NCBI GenBank assembly: GCA_048227095.1
Contig: DBFAHJ010000085.1
Location: 1 to 56,682, forward strand
Source of the DNA: Collinsella aerofaciens
GTDB lineage: Bacteria > Actinomycetota > Coriobacteriia > Coriobacteriales > Coriobacteriaceae
Direction: 5' to 3'
Length of the DNA stretch: 56,682 nucleotides
Shown: in pieces, positions 29,673-38,911 of the stretch
Position numbering within the stretch: position 1 is the first letter of the stretch
Layout: every line of letters begins with the position of its first letter
The notes under the pieces: generated by a model
What the model was told of the DNA's origin: nothing
Database searches by the model: none
Seen by the model: only the letters and a program-made list of their open reading frames with translations
Translations under genes and position numbers: made by a program

Positions 29673-30643
29673 GCCATCGCCCCCACGGCGAGCACGACCG
29701 CCGCGCGCGCGGCGCCGAAGACGACGAGCGCGCATACGGACGCGGCGAGCATGAGCCTTGTCGCCCGGGCGATGTCGCCCCACTCGATTTCGCGGGACGC
29801 GTCGCCTATCGTCGGTTTCTCAACGAGCTTGCCGAAATACACCGCGGGTCCTGCCAGGCGCAGCCCGAGCGCGCCCGCACACGATGACTCGGTCTGCGCC
29901 GAGTTGGGGCTCGCATGGCGACGCCTGTCGCGGCGCCAGATGCGCGCCGCCCCGCGCGCGTCGAGCCCGACGATCGGGCACACGGCGATCATGAACAAGG
30001 CCGATAAGCGCGAGGGAATCCAGTTCACCGCATCGTCGAGGCGCGCCGAGGCGCAGCCGAAGTCGATGTAGCGCTCGTTTTTGTAGCCCACCATGCTGTC
30101 GAGCGTGTTCACCGCCTTGTACGCCATGCCCAAGGGTGCACCTCCGATCAAAAGGTAGAAAAGCGGCGCGATGACGCCGTCGCTCGCGTTCTCCGCCACC
30201 GTTTCCACAGCGGCGCGCGCGACGCCCTGCTCGTCGAGAACAGACGTGTCGCGTCCCACGATGAGCCCGACGGCTTCGCGCGCCGCGACAAGGCCGCCCT
30301 TCGAGAACGCGCTGGCCACGGCCAGGCTCTGGCGGCGCAGCTCGCATGCCGCGAGAATCTGATAGCTCGCCCATGCCTCGACCACGAAGCGCAAGCCGGG
30401 GTGAACCATGCCGCAAAGATGCAGGATTCCCCAGGTCAAAAGCCCACACGCAAGCGGAAGCGCCACGGCGAGCACAAGCCCTGCGGCGCGCGTGCCCGCG
30501 GACGTTTGCGGGAATGCGCCCCGCAGGCGGCCTTCGGCCCACGTGATCGCGCGCCCCATGGCGACGACGGGATGGGGAAGCCAGCGCGGGTCGCCGAAGG
30601 CAAGGTCGGCCGCGAACCCGGCGGCGACGGCAAGAATCGTCAT
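29669..30643 (-). CDS. cbiB: Adenosylcobinamide-phosphate synthase
   Basis: GDPRWLPHPV, IVGRDT, ETVAENASDG, YKAVNTLDSMVGY, HASPNS. Confidence 0.95.
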   Translation of the reverse strand: MTILAVAAGFAADLAFGDPRWLPHPVVAMGRAITWAEGRLRGAFPQTSAGTRAAGLVLAVALPLACGLLTWGILHLCGMVHPGLRFVVEAWASYQILAACELRRQSLAVASAFSKGGLVAAREAVGLIVGRDTSVLDEQGVARAAVETVAENASDGVIAPLFYLLIGGAPLGMAYKAVNTLDSMVGYKNERYIDFGCASARLDDAVNWIPSRLSALFMIAVCPIVGLDARGAARIWRRDRRRHASPNSAQTESSCAGALGLRLAGPAVYFGKLVEKPTIGDASREIEWGDIARATRLMLAASVCALVVFGAARAAVVLAVGAMA

Positions 30644-31644
30644 CACCGGGCATCGCCCCCCAAAGCGGGGCGAACGTCGCGAAGGCAGCGCCCATCCCAG
30701 GTGGCGGCCCATGCGCCGCCCGGCTCGGTATGCACGTCGAAGTATCCCATTTTCGGGACAGCTAGCTCGGAGAGCAGCGCTTTCACGGTACCCGCGTGAA
30801 CGACGAAGACGGCGCGCCCACTCCCCTGGGCGCACTCCGATTCGCACGCGTCCCGAAACGCGGCGACGACGCGGCGGGTGAAATCGCTCTTGCCCTCGCC
30901 ATGCGGGCAGCGCGTCTCGCACCAGGAGTCTACCCAGGCGCGGTAGCGCACATCCTCTTTTAGCTCGGCGGCGCTTCGCCCCTCGAAGTCACCGAAATCC
31001 ATCTCGCGCAGACCGGGGCACGCCATAAGCTCCGCGTTCGGGAAGAGGATGCGCGCCGTCTGGTCGGTGCGGGCCATACCGCTCGTGATAACACGGAACA
31101 CGTCACGATCGCACGCGAGGTCGCGCAAAGCGCGCTCGCCCGCGCTCGACAGGGGCTCGTCGGTGCCCGCCCCGCTGTAGCGATGATCTTCCGTGCCCGC
31201 CGTGGCACCATGGCGCACGAAGACGACTTCCAAAGGCGCGCCCGCGCCCTGCGTCCCTCGAGGCGCATCGGCAAGGTTTCCTTTGATGACCTGGGGAATC
31301 CCGCACGTAATGCGCACGACGACGTCGGCGCGCGCAGCGAGCGCGCATCCCAGGCGCCCCGCGCGCTCGCGCCATTGGGCGTCTTCCGCACGCATGGGGA
31401 CGACCCCCGAACCGACCAAGGGCAGAATCACTGCGTCGAAGCCGATCAGCCGCTCGAGCGCCCGGTCAGCGTCGAGCGCGCGTACGAGTTCCTCAGCACG
31501 GTACACGACACGGCCGGCAAAAGCCGCGGGCACGCCGCCCTCCGCAAGCTGCGCCGCGTCGACGAAATCGTCCGCCGCGAACCCGAGCTTTTCGCGCACG
31601 AAGGTCCTCTTCCCCGAATGCGCGCCACCTACCACGAGAATCAT
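30643..31644 (-). CDS. Fusion of a short CobU-like P-loop domain and a histidine phosphatase (CobC-like alpha-ribazole-phosphate phosphatase)
   Basis: N: MILVVGGAHSGK..GSGVVP..WRERAGR..CGIP. C: VRHGAT, LREMDFGDFEG, VHAG. Confidence 0.8.
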   Translation of the reverse strand: MILVVGGAHSGKRTFVREKLGFAADDFVDAAQLAEGGVPAAFAGRVVYRAEELVRALDADRALERLIGFDAVILPLVGSGVVPMRAEDAQWRERAGRLGCALAARADVVVRITCGIPQVIKGNLADAPRGTQGAGAPLEVVFVRHGATAGTEDHRYSGAGTDEPLSSAGERALRDLACDRDVFRVITSGMARTDQTARILFPNAELMACPGLREMDFGDFEGRSAAELKEDVRYRAWVDSWCETRCPHGEGKSDFTRRVVAAFRDACESECAQGSGRAVFVVHAGTVKALLSELAVPKMGYFDVHTEPGGAWAATWDGRCLRDVRPALGGDAR

Positions 31645-32408
31645 AGGAGCATACTCCCCGCCACCAGCATGGCAAGCATCGCGAGCTCGGCCCATTGCAG
31701 AAACCATCCGGCCAAATCACCCGTCACCCCGCCGAAGCGGGACAGGGCAACATGACGGTACCACGCGAGCGCCAAAAGCCCCGCCACCGCCATAAGGGCG
31801 CCGACGGCCTGAGCGCACGCGACCATCCCTGCAGCCGAAGCCGCAGCGAAAGCGCAAAGCGGCACGAAGATCGCCGCGCGCTTCTTAGCAGGCGAGAGTC
31901 CCGCGGCCATGCCGTCCGCCCGCGCGGCAGGCCAGCATTCTACGGCGAGCCCCGAAAGCGCGCGGGAGAACACGAGCGAGCACAGAAGCGCGAGGAACGC
32001 CCCCGCCGTAAGCGGCAGCGCGGTGAACAGGGAAAACTGCAGAATAAGGTACACAACAACACCGATGACCCCGAAGGCGCCCGCCCGCGGGTCGTGCATG
32101 ATCTCGAGCTTTCGCTCGCGCGGGGCCCAACTTGCAAGCGCATCGGAGGTGTCGCAGAGCCCGTCTAGGTGGATGCCTCCCGTCACCGCCACAGGCAACG
32201 CCACGAGCACGGCCGCGACGATGGTAGCGGGCACGCCGAGCAGGTTCGCCACGTGCCCCCACGCCGTCATGAGGAAACCTTCCGCAACGCCCACCAGGGG
32301 AAACGCGGCAAGCGCATGGGTTGATCCGAAATCGGACCAGGCCGATTTCGGGACGGGGATGCGCGAGAACGTTCCGAACGCCGCGCCAATTGCCTCTGTT
32401 ATCTTCAC
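31641..32408 (-). CDS. cobS: Cobalamin 5'-phosphate synthase
   Basis: FSRIPVP, TGGIHLDGLCDTSDAL, IMHDPRAGAFG, FGGVTGDLAG. Confidence 0.95.
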   Translation of the reverse strand: MKITEAIGAAFGTFSRIPVPKSAWSDFGSTHALAAFPLVGVAEGFLMTAWGHVANLLGVPATIVAAVLVALPVAVTGGIHLDGLCDTSDALASWAPRERKLEIMHDPRAGAFGVIGVVVYLILQFSLFTALPLTAGAFLALLCSLVFSRALSGLAVECWPAARADGMAAGLSPAKKRAAIFVPLCAFAAASAAGMVACAQAVGALMAVAGLLALAWYRHVALSRFGGVTGDLAGWFLQWAELAMLAMLVAGSMLL

Positions 32409-32953
32409 CTTGTAGGTCCTTCGCCTTTCATCCACACGGGAATCCCACATACCACTTCGACAGCGCGGTCGGCCAGCGCCGCCACGCCCGCGTTCACGCG
32501 CGCGAGCGCGCGCCTCCATGCCTCGGTCCCCTCATCGTAGCGCATCCCATCGGCGAACACGTCGACGGAGACCACCACCGTATACGCAGCGGCCTGAGTG
32601 AGTCGTTCGATGCCTCCGAGCACCTCGCGCGCCACAGCGTCGGGGTCACGTGGGGACAAGCCGCCTTCCGCGAAGAGCTCGTTCGCAACCAGGTTGCCCA
32701 CGTCCTCCAAAAGAAGCGTGCAGCCGCGCGGAAGCCCGGGCACTGCGGCGCCCACGTCACGCGTGCACTCGAGGGTGGAAAACCCCTTGCCCTCGCGCAT
32801 CGCCCGATGGCGCGCGATACGGCGGGTGCCCTCTTCCCCGAAGGGCTCCATCGTTGCCAGGTACACGCGGGGGCCGTCGTGCCCGAGGCACAGGGACTCG
32901 GCATAGGCGCTCTTGCCGCTCGCGGCGGCGCCGATAACGAACGTCACCGTCAT
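32405..32953 (-). CDS. cobU: Adenosylcobinamide kinase/guanylyltransferase
   Basis: GAAASGKSAYAE, YLATM, RIARHRAMR, EVVCGIP. Confidence 0.9.
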   Translation of the reverse strand: MTVTFVIGAAASGKSAYAESLCLGHDGPRVYLATMEPFGEEGTRRIARHRAMREGKGFSTLECTRDVGAAVPGLPRGCTLLLEDVGNLVANELFAEGGLSPRDPDAVAREVLGGIERLTQAAAYTVVVSVDVFADGMRYDEGTEAWRRALARVNAGVAALADRAVEVVCGIPVWMKGEGPTR

Positions 32954-34092
32954 TTCCAGGCCTCGAAATGCTCGTAAGCAGCCATGCCAGTCGCCGTGAA
33001 CGTCTTCCCATCCCGGTACACGCGCAGCGCCGAATCCAGAAGGGGCAGATACGCCATGGCGCCCGCGCCCTCGCCCAAGTGCATGCCTGCGTCGAGGGGT
33101 GCCTTTATGCCGAGCTCGCGAAGGAGCTCCTGGCTTGCGGGTTCGCTTGATGCGTGGGTGCCCACGAGGTAGCCCAAGACGTTGGGGCACAGGCGCGCCG
33201 TGCACAGGGCCGCCGTGCAGGATATGACCCCGTCAAGGAGCGCAGGCGCCTTCGAGGCAGCGGCCCCCAGGTAGAAGCCGCACATCGCCGCGATGTCAAA
33301 GCCGCCCACCTTCGAGAGCACGTCGATCGGGTCGGCGGAATCGGGCGAGTTCGCGTCGATAGCGCGCTCGACCACGTCGCGCTTGCGCGCGAGCGAGGCG
33401 TCCGAGAGCCCCGCGCCGCGCCCGACGAGGCTCCGCGCGTCCGCCCGGATGAGCACTGCGGCCACCGCCGCCGAGGTGGTCGTGTTGCCGATGCCCATCT
33501 CGCCCGCGGCGAGAAGGCGCACGCCGGCACGGACAAGCCCGCACGCGACGGCGATTCCGACCTCGATCGCGCGCACGGCCCCATCGCGAGACATAGCGGA
33601 GCCGTGCGCGATATTGCCGCTCCCCCGCCGCACGTTCGCGCGAACCATGCGCGCGTCTTCTATGCCCCGGGCCATACCCACGTCGACGGGCACGACCTCG
33701 GCACCCGCGAACGCCGCCATGCGGCAAGCGCTTGTGGCCCCCTCGCACATGTTGCGCGCGACGGCTCGCGTCACGTCTTGCCCGCTTTGCGACACGCCTT
33801 CGGCAACGACCCCGTTGTCGGAGAAGAATACCGCGAGCGCACGGGGGAACTCGGCCACCTCGGCGCTCCCCTGAGCCGCGGCGATACACGCGACGGCGTC
33901 TTCAAAGTCGCCCAATCCCCCCAAGGGGTGCGCGATGGAGTCCCACGCGGCGTACGCGGCGGCGCGGGCGCACTCGTCTGCGGGCGCGATCCGGGAGAGA
34001 GCGGCTTCGAGCACGGCGCCCGGCGCCGACGAGAACGCGCGCTCGACTTCCTCGCGGATGCAGGCAAGCGCGGTTTCGGTTGCTTCAGCCAT
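32950..34092 (-). CDS. cobT: Nicotinate-nucleotide--lower ligand phosphoribosyltransferase
   Basis: SDNGVVAEGVS, GEMGIGNTTTS, GGFDIAAM, LDGVIS, MHLGEGAG. Confidence 0.94.
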   Translation of the reverse strand: MAEATETALACIREEVERAFSSAPGAVLEAALSRIAPADECARAAAYAAWDSIAHPLGGLGDFEDAVACIAAAQGSAEVAEFPRALAVFFSDNGVVAEGVSQSGQDVTRAVARNMCEGATSACRMAAFAGAEVVPVDVGMARGIEDARMVRANVRRGSGNIAHGSAMSRDGAVRAIEVGIAVACGLVRAGVRLLAAGEMGIGNTTTSAAVAAVLIRADARSLVGRGAGLSDASLARKRDVVERAIDANSPDSADPIDVLSKVGGFDIAAMCGFYLGAAASKAPALLDGVISCTAALCTARLCPNVLGYLVGTHASSEPASQELLRELGIKAPLDAGMHLGEGAGAMAYLPLLDSALRVYRDGKTFTATGMAAYEHFEAWK

Positions 34093-35467
34093 GCCGTCTC
34101 CTCTCTGCGAACGACGCTGCGGCAGACGCGAACGCGCGCGCAACGTCGGGGTTAGCAGGATAATACACATGCGGGAAGCCCGCCACCAGGGACGGGGTGG
34201 TCGTCATGCACGGCCAGCCCTTGTCGCGCCGGGGCTTCTGCGCCCAGAAGTCGCCGCCCGGGCAGGTGGACTGCCAGTAGTGGAACTCGTGCGCGCGGAT
34301 GCGTGTGCCGCGCGGCCCGTAGAGCCCGTCGCGTTGGGAAGTGAGCTCCACGTACCCGAAATAGGACAGCCTTCCCCCGTTCTCGCTTGCGCCCTCAAGG
34401 GCGCCCACAACAGGCCAGCGCCGCCCCTCGCTATCGGCGATTTCGCGCTGCAGAAACAGAAACCCACCGCATTCGGCAACCGTCGGCATGCCGGATTCCA
34501 CCGCGCGCCGCACCGCCTCGCGCATCGGCGCGTTCTCGGAGAGCTGCCGCGCATGGAGCTCCGGGTAGCCGCCTCCCAGATAGAGGGCGCTTGTCCCCCG
34601 GGGCAACTCGCTATCACACAGGGGGCTGAAAAAGGCCAGCTCGCAACCCAGGTCCTCGAGCGCGCGCAGGTTCTCCTCGTAGTAGAACGAGAACGCCTCG
34701 TCACGCGCGACGGCGACGATGGGCCGCTCTCCCGCGATCGACTCCAACCGGTAAGGTTCCTCGCGGATATCGGGTGCCGTCGCCGCTATTTCGAGCAAGC
34801 GGTCGACGTCGACGCTCTTTTCCACCAGCTCGGCCATCTTGTCGATGCGCGCGGAGAGCTGCTTGACTTCGTCGGCGGTCACAAGCCCCAGATGCCGGCT
34901 TTCGAGCGAGAACGCCTCGTCGGCGGGGATATTACCCAAAACCGCGACGCCCGTGTGCTTCTCGATCGCAGGCTTCGCGTAGGCGCAGGCAGCGGCGCTC
35001 GTCTTGTTCAGCACGACGCCGCGCACGTTCGCACAAGGCAGGAACTCGGCGATGCCGCGGATTACGGCGGCGAGCGATAAAGACGCCCCGCGCCCGTTCA
35101 CCACTAAAACGACCGGCGTTTCCGTGTCGCGCGCAACCTGGTAGCTGCTCGCGTCGGCCACGCCGGGCGCCATGCCGTCGTAGAAGCCCATGACCCCCTC
35201 GAGCACCGCGATATCCGCGCCCGCGGCGCCGCGTGCGAGCAGGGCGCGAAGCGTCGGGGCGTCGGTAAAGAAGCCGTCTAAGTTGCCCGAGCGAGCGCCC
35301 ACGACGCGGCGATGAAAGAGCGGGTCAATGTAGTCGGGGCCGCATTTAAAGGCCGCGCATGCAAGGCCGCGGCGCGCGAGCGCGCGCAGGAGCGCGCACG
35401 TAACGACCGTCTTGCCGCTCCCGCTCGAGGGCGCAGCGACCATGAAGCGCGGAATGGACGTGCTCAC
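34085..35467 (-). CDS. cbiA: Cobyrinate a,c-diamide synthase (CbiA/CobB)
   Basis: SGSGKT, FKCGPDYIDP, EGVMGFYDG, ESRHLGL, GGGYPEL, AECGG, AHEFHY. Confidence 0.95.
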   Translation of the reverse strand: MSTSIPRFMVAAPSSGSGKTVVTCALLRALARRGLACAAFKCGPDYIDPLFHRRVVGARSGNLDGFFTDAPTLRALLARGAAGADIAVLEGVMGFYDGMAPGVADASSYQVARDTETPVVLVVNGRGASLSLAAVIRGIAEFLPCANVRGVVLNKTSAAACAYAKPAIEKHTGVAVLGNIPADEAFSLESRHLGLVTADEVKQLSARIDKMAELVEKSVDVDRLLEIAATAPDIREEPYRLESIAGERPIVAVARDEAFSFYYEENLRALEDLGCELAFFSPLCDSELPRGTSALYLGGGYPELHARQLSENAPMREAVRRAVESGMPTVAECGGFLFLQREIADSEGRRWPVVGALEGASENGGRLSYFGYVELTSQRDGLYGPRGTRIRAHEFHYWQSTCPGGDFWAQKPRRDKGWPCMTTTPSLVAGFPHVYYPANPDVARAFASAAASFAERRRHG

Positions 35468-36813
35468 CGGGCACCGCCTTCCCCACCTGCACCACGCGCG
35501 CTGACGAGGAACACGGGGTTTTGAGCCTTCATAAGATGGTGCGAGCCTACAGCCTCGGCGCGGGCGGCCGACACCTGGCACGCCTCGAACCCCTTAAAGC
35601 GCGAACCCGAGAGGAGCGCGCACGCCTCAGTGAGTGTCTCAATGGTGACGCATGGCACACACAGGCGAACCTGCGAGTTCTTCTCGAGCGCCGCCTCCAC
35701 GATGAAGGGAAGCTCGCCCGCGCTCCCGCCGACGAACACGGCGTCGGGGACGGGCAGTTTCGCGAGCGCTTCGGGAGCGACGCCGGGGACCGCATACACG
35801 TTGCCGCACCCGAATGCATCCGCGTTCTCTCGGATGAGCCGCACGCCGGCCGCGTTGCGCTCGACCGCCCATACCGACCCCGCTCGCGCGACGAGCGCCG
35901 CCTCGATCGACACGCTCCCCGTGCCGGCGCCGACGTCCCACACGGTGTCGGTCGCGGTAAGGCGCAGCTTCGCGAGCGCGACGGCTCGCACCTCCTGCTT
36001 GGTCATGGGAACGTCGCCGCGGATGAAGAGCTCGTCGGGAATGCCCGAGGAAGCGTACGGCCAGCGGGAGCTCGCGGCGCGAGATGCGCCCGCAGAGTCC
36101 GCCACGGAAGAAGCCGCCGCGGGCGCAGACGCGCCGGCCGGCGCCTCGGAGGCTGCGCTAGAGCCCGCAGGCGACCCGGCGCCGCCTGCGAAATCGATAA
36201 GCATCACGTTCAAGTCTTCGAACTTCTGACCTGCGATTTCACTTGCGGTCGCACAGGTGATGCGCTCGTCGGGGTACGACAGGCGCTCGGCCACCGTCAC
36301 GCGCGCGTCCCCGAAGCCCGCCTGCACAAGCTCGCCCGAAAGCCGCGAGGGGTCTTCCCCACCCGACGTGGCGAGAAAGAGCTCACCCGCTCGCTCGGCC
36401 TCGGCCACGATGTCGCACGCCACGCCGTGAGCGCTCGCGAAGCGCCAATCCTGCCATGGACGCGCGAGGCGCGCGGCGAGATACGATGCTGAGCTTATGC
36501 CGGGAATGACGCGCACGTCCACCTGCGCGTCGCCGGAGAGTGCCTCCACCAGGCGGCGCGCGCCGCTGAACAGCCCCACATCGCCCGTCATCACGACCAC
36601 GGCGCGCTGCCACGACGCCGCATCGGTGAGCGCGGCGACGATGTCCGCCGTCTTCACGAGCTCGCATCTCACCACGTCGGGCGGCACGTCGATGCCGGCA
36701 AGCGCGCGGTGAGCGCCGATGACCACGTCGGCGATGTCGATCGCGTCGAGCGCCGCGCGCGAGAGCAAGTCGGGGTTTCCGGGCCCCGCCCCGATAATCG
36801 TTACCTTTCGCAT
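35464..36813 (-). CDS. cbiET: Fused cobalt-precorrin-7 C5-methyltransferase / C15-methyltransferase-decarboxylase (CbiET)
   Basis: IIGAGPGNP, TGDVGLFSG and IPGISS (CbiE); VPMTKQEVR, WDVGAGTGSVSIE and KAQNPV (CbiT). Confidence 0.92.
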   Translation of the reverse strand: MRKVTIIGAGPGNPDLLSRAALDAIDIADVVIGAHRALAGIDVPPDVVRCELVKTADIVAALTDAASWQRAVVVMTGDVGLFSGARRLVEALSGDAQVDVRVIPGISSASYLAARLARPWQDWRFASAHGVACDIVAEAERAGELFLATSGGEDPSRLSGELVQAGFGDARVTVAERLSYPDERITCATASEIAGQKFEDLNVMLIDFAGGAGSPAGSSAASEAPAGASAPAAASSVADSAGASRAASSRWPYASSGIPDELFIRGDVPMTKQEVRAVALAKLRLTATDTVWDVGAGTGSVSIEAALVARAGSVWAVERNAAGVRLIRENADAFGCGNVYAVPGVAPEALAKLPVPDAVFVGGSAGELPFIVEAALEKNSQVRLCVPCVTIETLTEACALLSGSRFKGFEACQVSAARAEAVGSHHLMKAQNPVFLVSARGAGGEGGAR

Positions 36814-37544
36814 GGAATCTCCCGATACCCGCGCGGCGTGACCATACGGCCGCCTACGAGCTTCGTGTCCGCGTTGCCGACGAACACGGTGGTGAACATG
36901 TCGGCGTCGAACTCCCCCAGCTCGGAGAGCCTGCACATGCCCGACTGCTGCCCCTCGCGCCCGATGTTGCGTACCCAGCCGCAGAGCGTGTCGGGGGCCT
37001 TCCATTCGAGCATAATCTTCGCCGCGCGCGAGAGCCTGTCGGCGCGCTTTCTGCTGCGCGGGTTGTACAAACAGATGCAGAAGTCGGCGCTCGCCACGGC
37101 GGCGAGCCTGCGCTCGATGACCTCCCACGGCGTGAGCAGGTCGGAGAGCGACACGACCGCGAAGTCGTGGGCAAGCGGGGCGCCGAGCACCGCCGACCCG
37201 CTCTGAGCCGCGGTGGCCCCGGCGATAACTTCCACGTCTACATCGGGGTAGTCCTCCGCAAGCTCCAGCACGGGGCTCGCCATGCCGTACACGCCCGCGT
37301 CACCGCTGCACACGAGCGCCACTGCTTCTCCGCTCTGCGCGCGCGAAAGCGCCAGGCGGCACCGTTCGACCTCGTGCATCATCGGCGTCGCGAGATGCGC
37401 CGCGTCGGGCACGGCGGCGAGCGCGAGCTCCACGTATTTCGTGTACCCCACAACGATGTCGGCCGCCTCGAGCGCGCGCCGAGCCGCAATCGTCATGCCG
37501 TCGGGGCCGCCCGGGCCGATCCCCACCACGAAGAGCTTTCCCAT
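36801..37544 (-). CDS. cbiH: Cobalt-factor III C17-methyltransferase (CbiH/CobJ)
   Basis: VVGIGPG, SGDAGVYGMAS, GAPLAHDF..SLSDLLTPW, LYNPRS, TPRGY. Confidence 0.95.
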   Translation of the reverse strand: MGKLFVVGIGPGGPDGMTIAARRALEAADIVVGYTKYVELALAAVPDAAHLATPMMHEVERCRLALSRAQSGEAVALVCSGDAGVYGMASPVLELAEDYPDVDVEVIAGATAAQSGSAVLGAPLAHDFAVVSLSDLLTPWEVIERRLAAVASADFCICLYNPRSRKRADRLSRAAKIMLEWKAPDTLCGWVRNIGREGQQSGMCRLSELGEFDADMFTTVFVGNADTKLVGGRMVTPRGYREIPCER

Positions 37545-38677
37545 CACCGCTCCTTAAACGAAAGTTCGATAGTTACCTTGGAAAACGCGACGGTCACGCC
37601 GCCGTGAGCGAGCTTCGGGAAGATAAGTTTACCCCCGTCCGCGAGCGCCGCGCGCTCGCACACGTTGTCGACCCCCACCGTCGCGCGCACGAAATCAGAT
37701 GGCGAAACGCTGCCTTCGACCTGCGACAACTCCTCTGCGGAATACGTCGCAAGCGGGATATTGCGCGCGCGGCAGAAGGCGAGCAGACCCTCCTCGTGCG
37801 CCTTCACGTCGATCGTCGCCGCCTCGCGCACGGCCGAAGGCGAGATGCCCGCCTGCCCGCACGCGAGAAGAAACGCCTCCCCGATGGCTTCGGCGCACGC
37901 ACCGCGACGGCACCCTATGCCCGCAACGATGCAAGGCACGACAAGGCGAAGCGGCTCGGGCGCAGGCGCCTGCGCCCGCACGCCCGCCGGCTTCCCCGTC
38001 TCACCGGCGGGCACGACCTCGCCCGTTGTCTCCGCCGCGCGAAAGGACGCACCTCCATTCGCGCCAGCGAACGGCGACACGACGATATCGGCCCGAGCGC
38101 GGTGGGACGCAATGTCAACCCCCTCAGGCGGCTGTCCCGAAATCGGCATGTCGGAATAGAGCGCCACGCGCCCACCCGAAAGCAGCCGCGCCGACACTCG
38201 CTTGATAGCCTCGGGATTCGAAACGACGAGCCCCGCACAGCGCGCCCACGTATCCACCGCCCACACGCCGCGGACGTCGGTCGCCGTGGTGATGACGGGG
38301 ATGGCCCCTGCCGCGCGTGCCACAGTTTGCGCAAGCTCGTTCGCACCGCCCAAATGCCCCGACAAAAGCGGGACGGCAAAGCGCCCCGCCTCGTCGATCG
38401 CCACAACCGCGGGATCGTTTGCCTTCGAGGCGACATGCGGCGCGATCGCCCGCACGGCGATGCCCGCCGCGCCCACGAACAGAAGCGCGTCCGACGCTTC
38501 CCACGCGAGCGCCGTCCATGCGCGCAGGTCGGCCTTCCCCTCGCCGAACCCGCGCGAAACGGAAACGTCCCAGCCAGGGTCGTCTTCACCTGTCTGTGCG
38601 CAATCGGAAAGCGCGTGTGCGGTGCGCACCGCCAACGCATACCCCCTCTCAGTGAACGCTATGCAGGAAACCCTCAT
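37544..38677 (-). CDS. cbiG: Cobalt-precorrin-5A hydrolase
   Basis: GIAVRAIAP, DPAVV, LLSGHLGGANEL, ITTATD, GIGCRRG, VGVDNVCERAA. Confidence 0.94.
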   Translation of the reverse strand: MRVSCIAFTERGYALAVRTAHALSDCAQTGEDDPGWDVSVSRGFGEGKADLRAWTALAWEASDALLFVGAAGIAVRAIAPHVASKANDPAVVAIDEAGRFAVPLLSGHLGGANELAQTVARAAGAIPVITTATDVRGVWAVDTWARCAGLVVSNPEAIKRVSARLLSGGRVALYSDMPISGQPPEGVDIASHRARADIVVSPFAGANGGASFRAAETTGEVVPAGETGKPAGVRAQAPAPEPLRLVVPCIVAGIGCRRGACAEAIGEAFLLACGQAGISPSAVREAATIDVKAHEEGLLAFCRARNIPLATYSAEELSQVEGSVSPSDFVRATVGVDNVCERAALADGGKLIFPKLAHGGVTVAFSKVTIELSFKER

Positions 38678-38911
38678 CTAGCGCACCACCATCGTCGAGA
38701 AGTAGCTGCCCCGATCGGGCACATCGTCGAGCGAGCGGTACACGCGCTCGCCCGGAAGCCCACAGTCCTCTACAAGCTCGGCACCGTCGAAGGCACCCTC
38801 CTCGCAAAGGAAGCGCTTCGTGTCCGCAAGCGAGCGGCGCGCCTTCATGACCACCTTCGTCCCCGGCCAGCCGATTGCACGGCGCACCCCGTACAGAACG
38901 CCTTTACTCAT
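38678..38911 (-). pseudogene. cbiL: CbiL (cobalt-precorrin-2/factor II C20-methyltransferase) with a large in-frame internal deletion
   Basis: Only 77 aa: N-terminal MSKGVLYGV joined directly to C-terminal GTKVVMK...VEDCGLPGERVY..SYFSTMVVR; the G.GPGDPEL and GDP SAM-binding motifs are absent. Confidence 0.8.
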
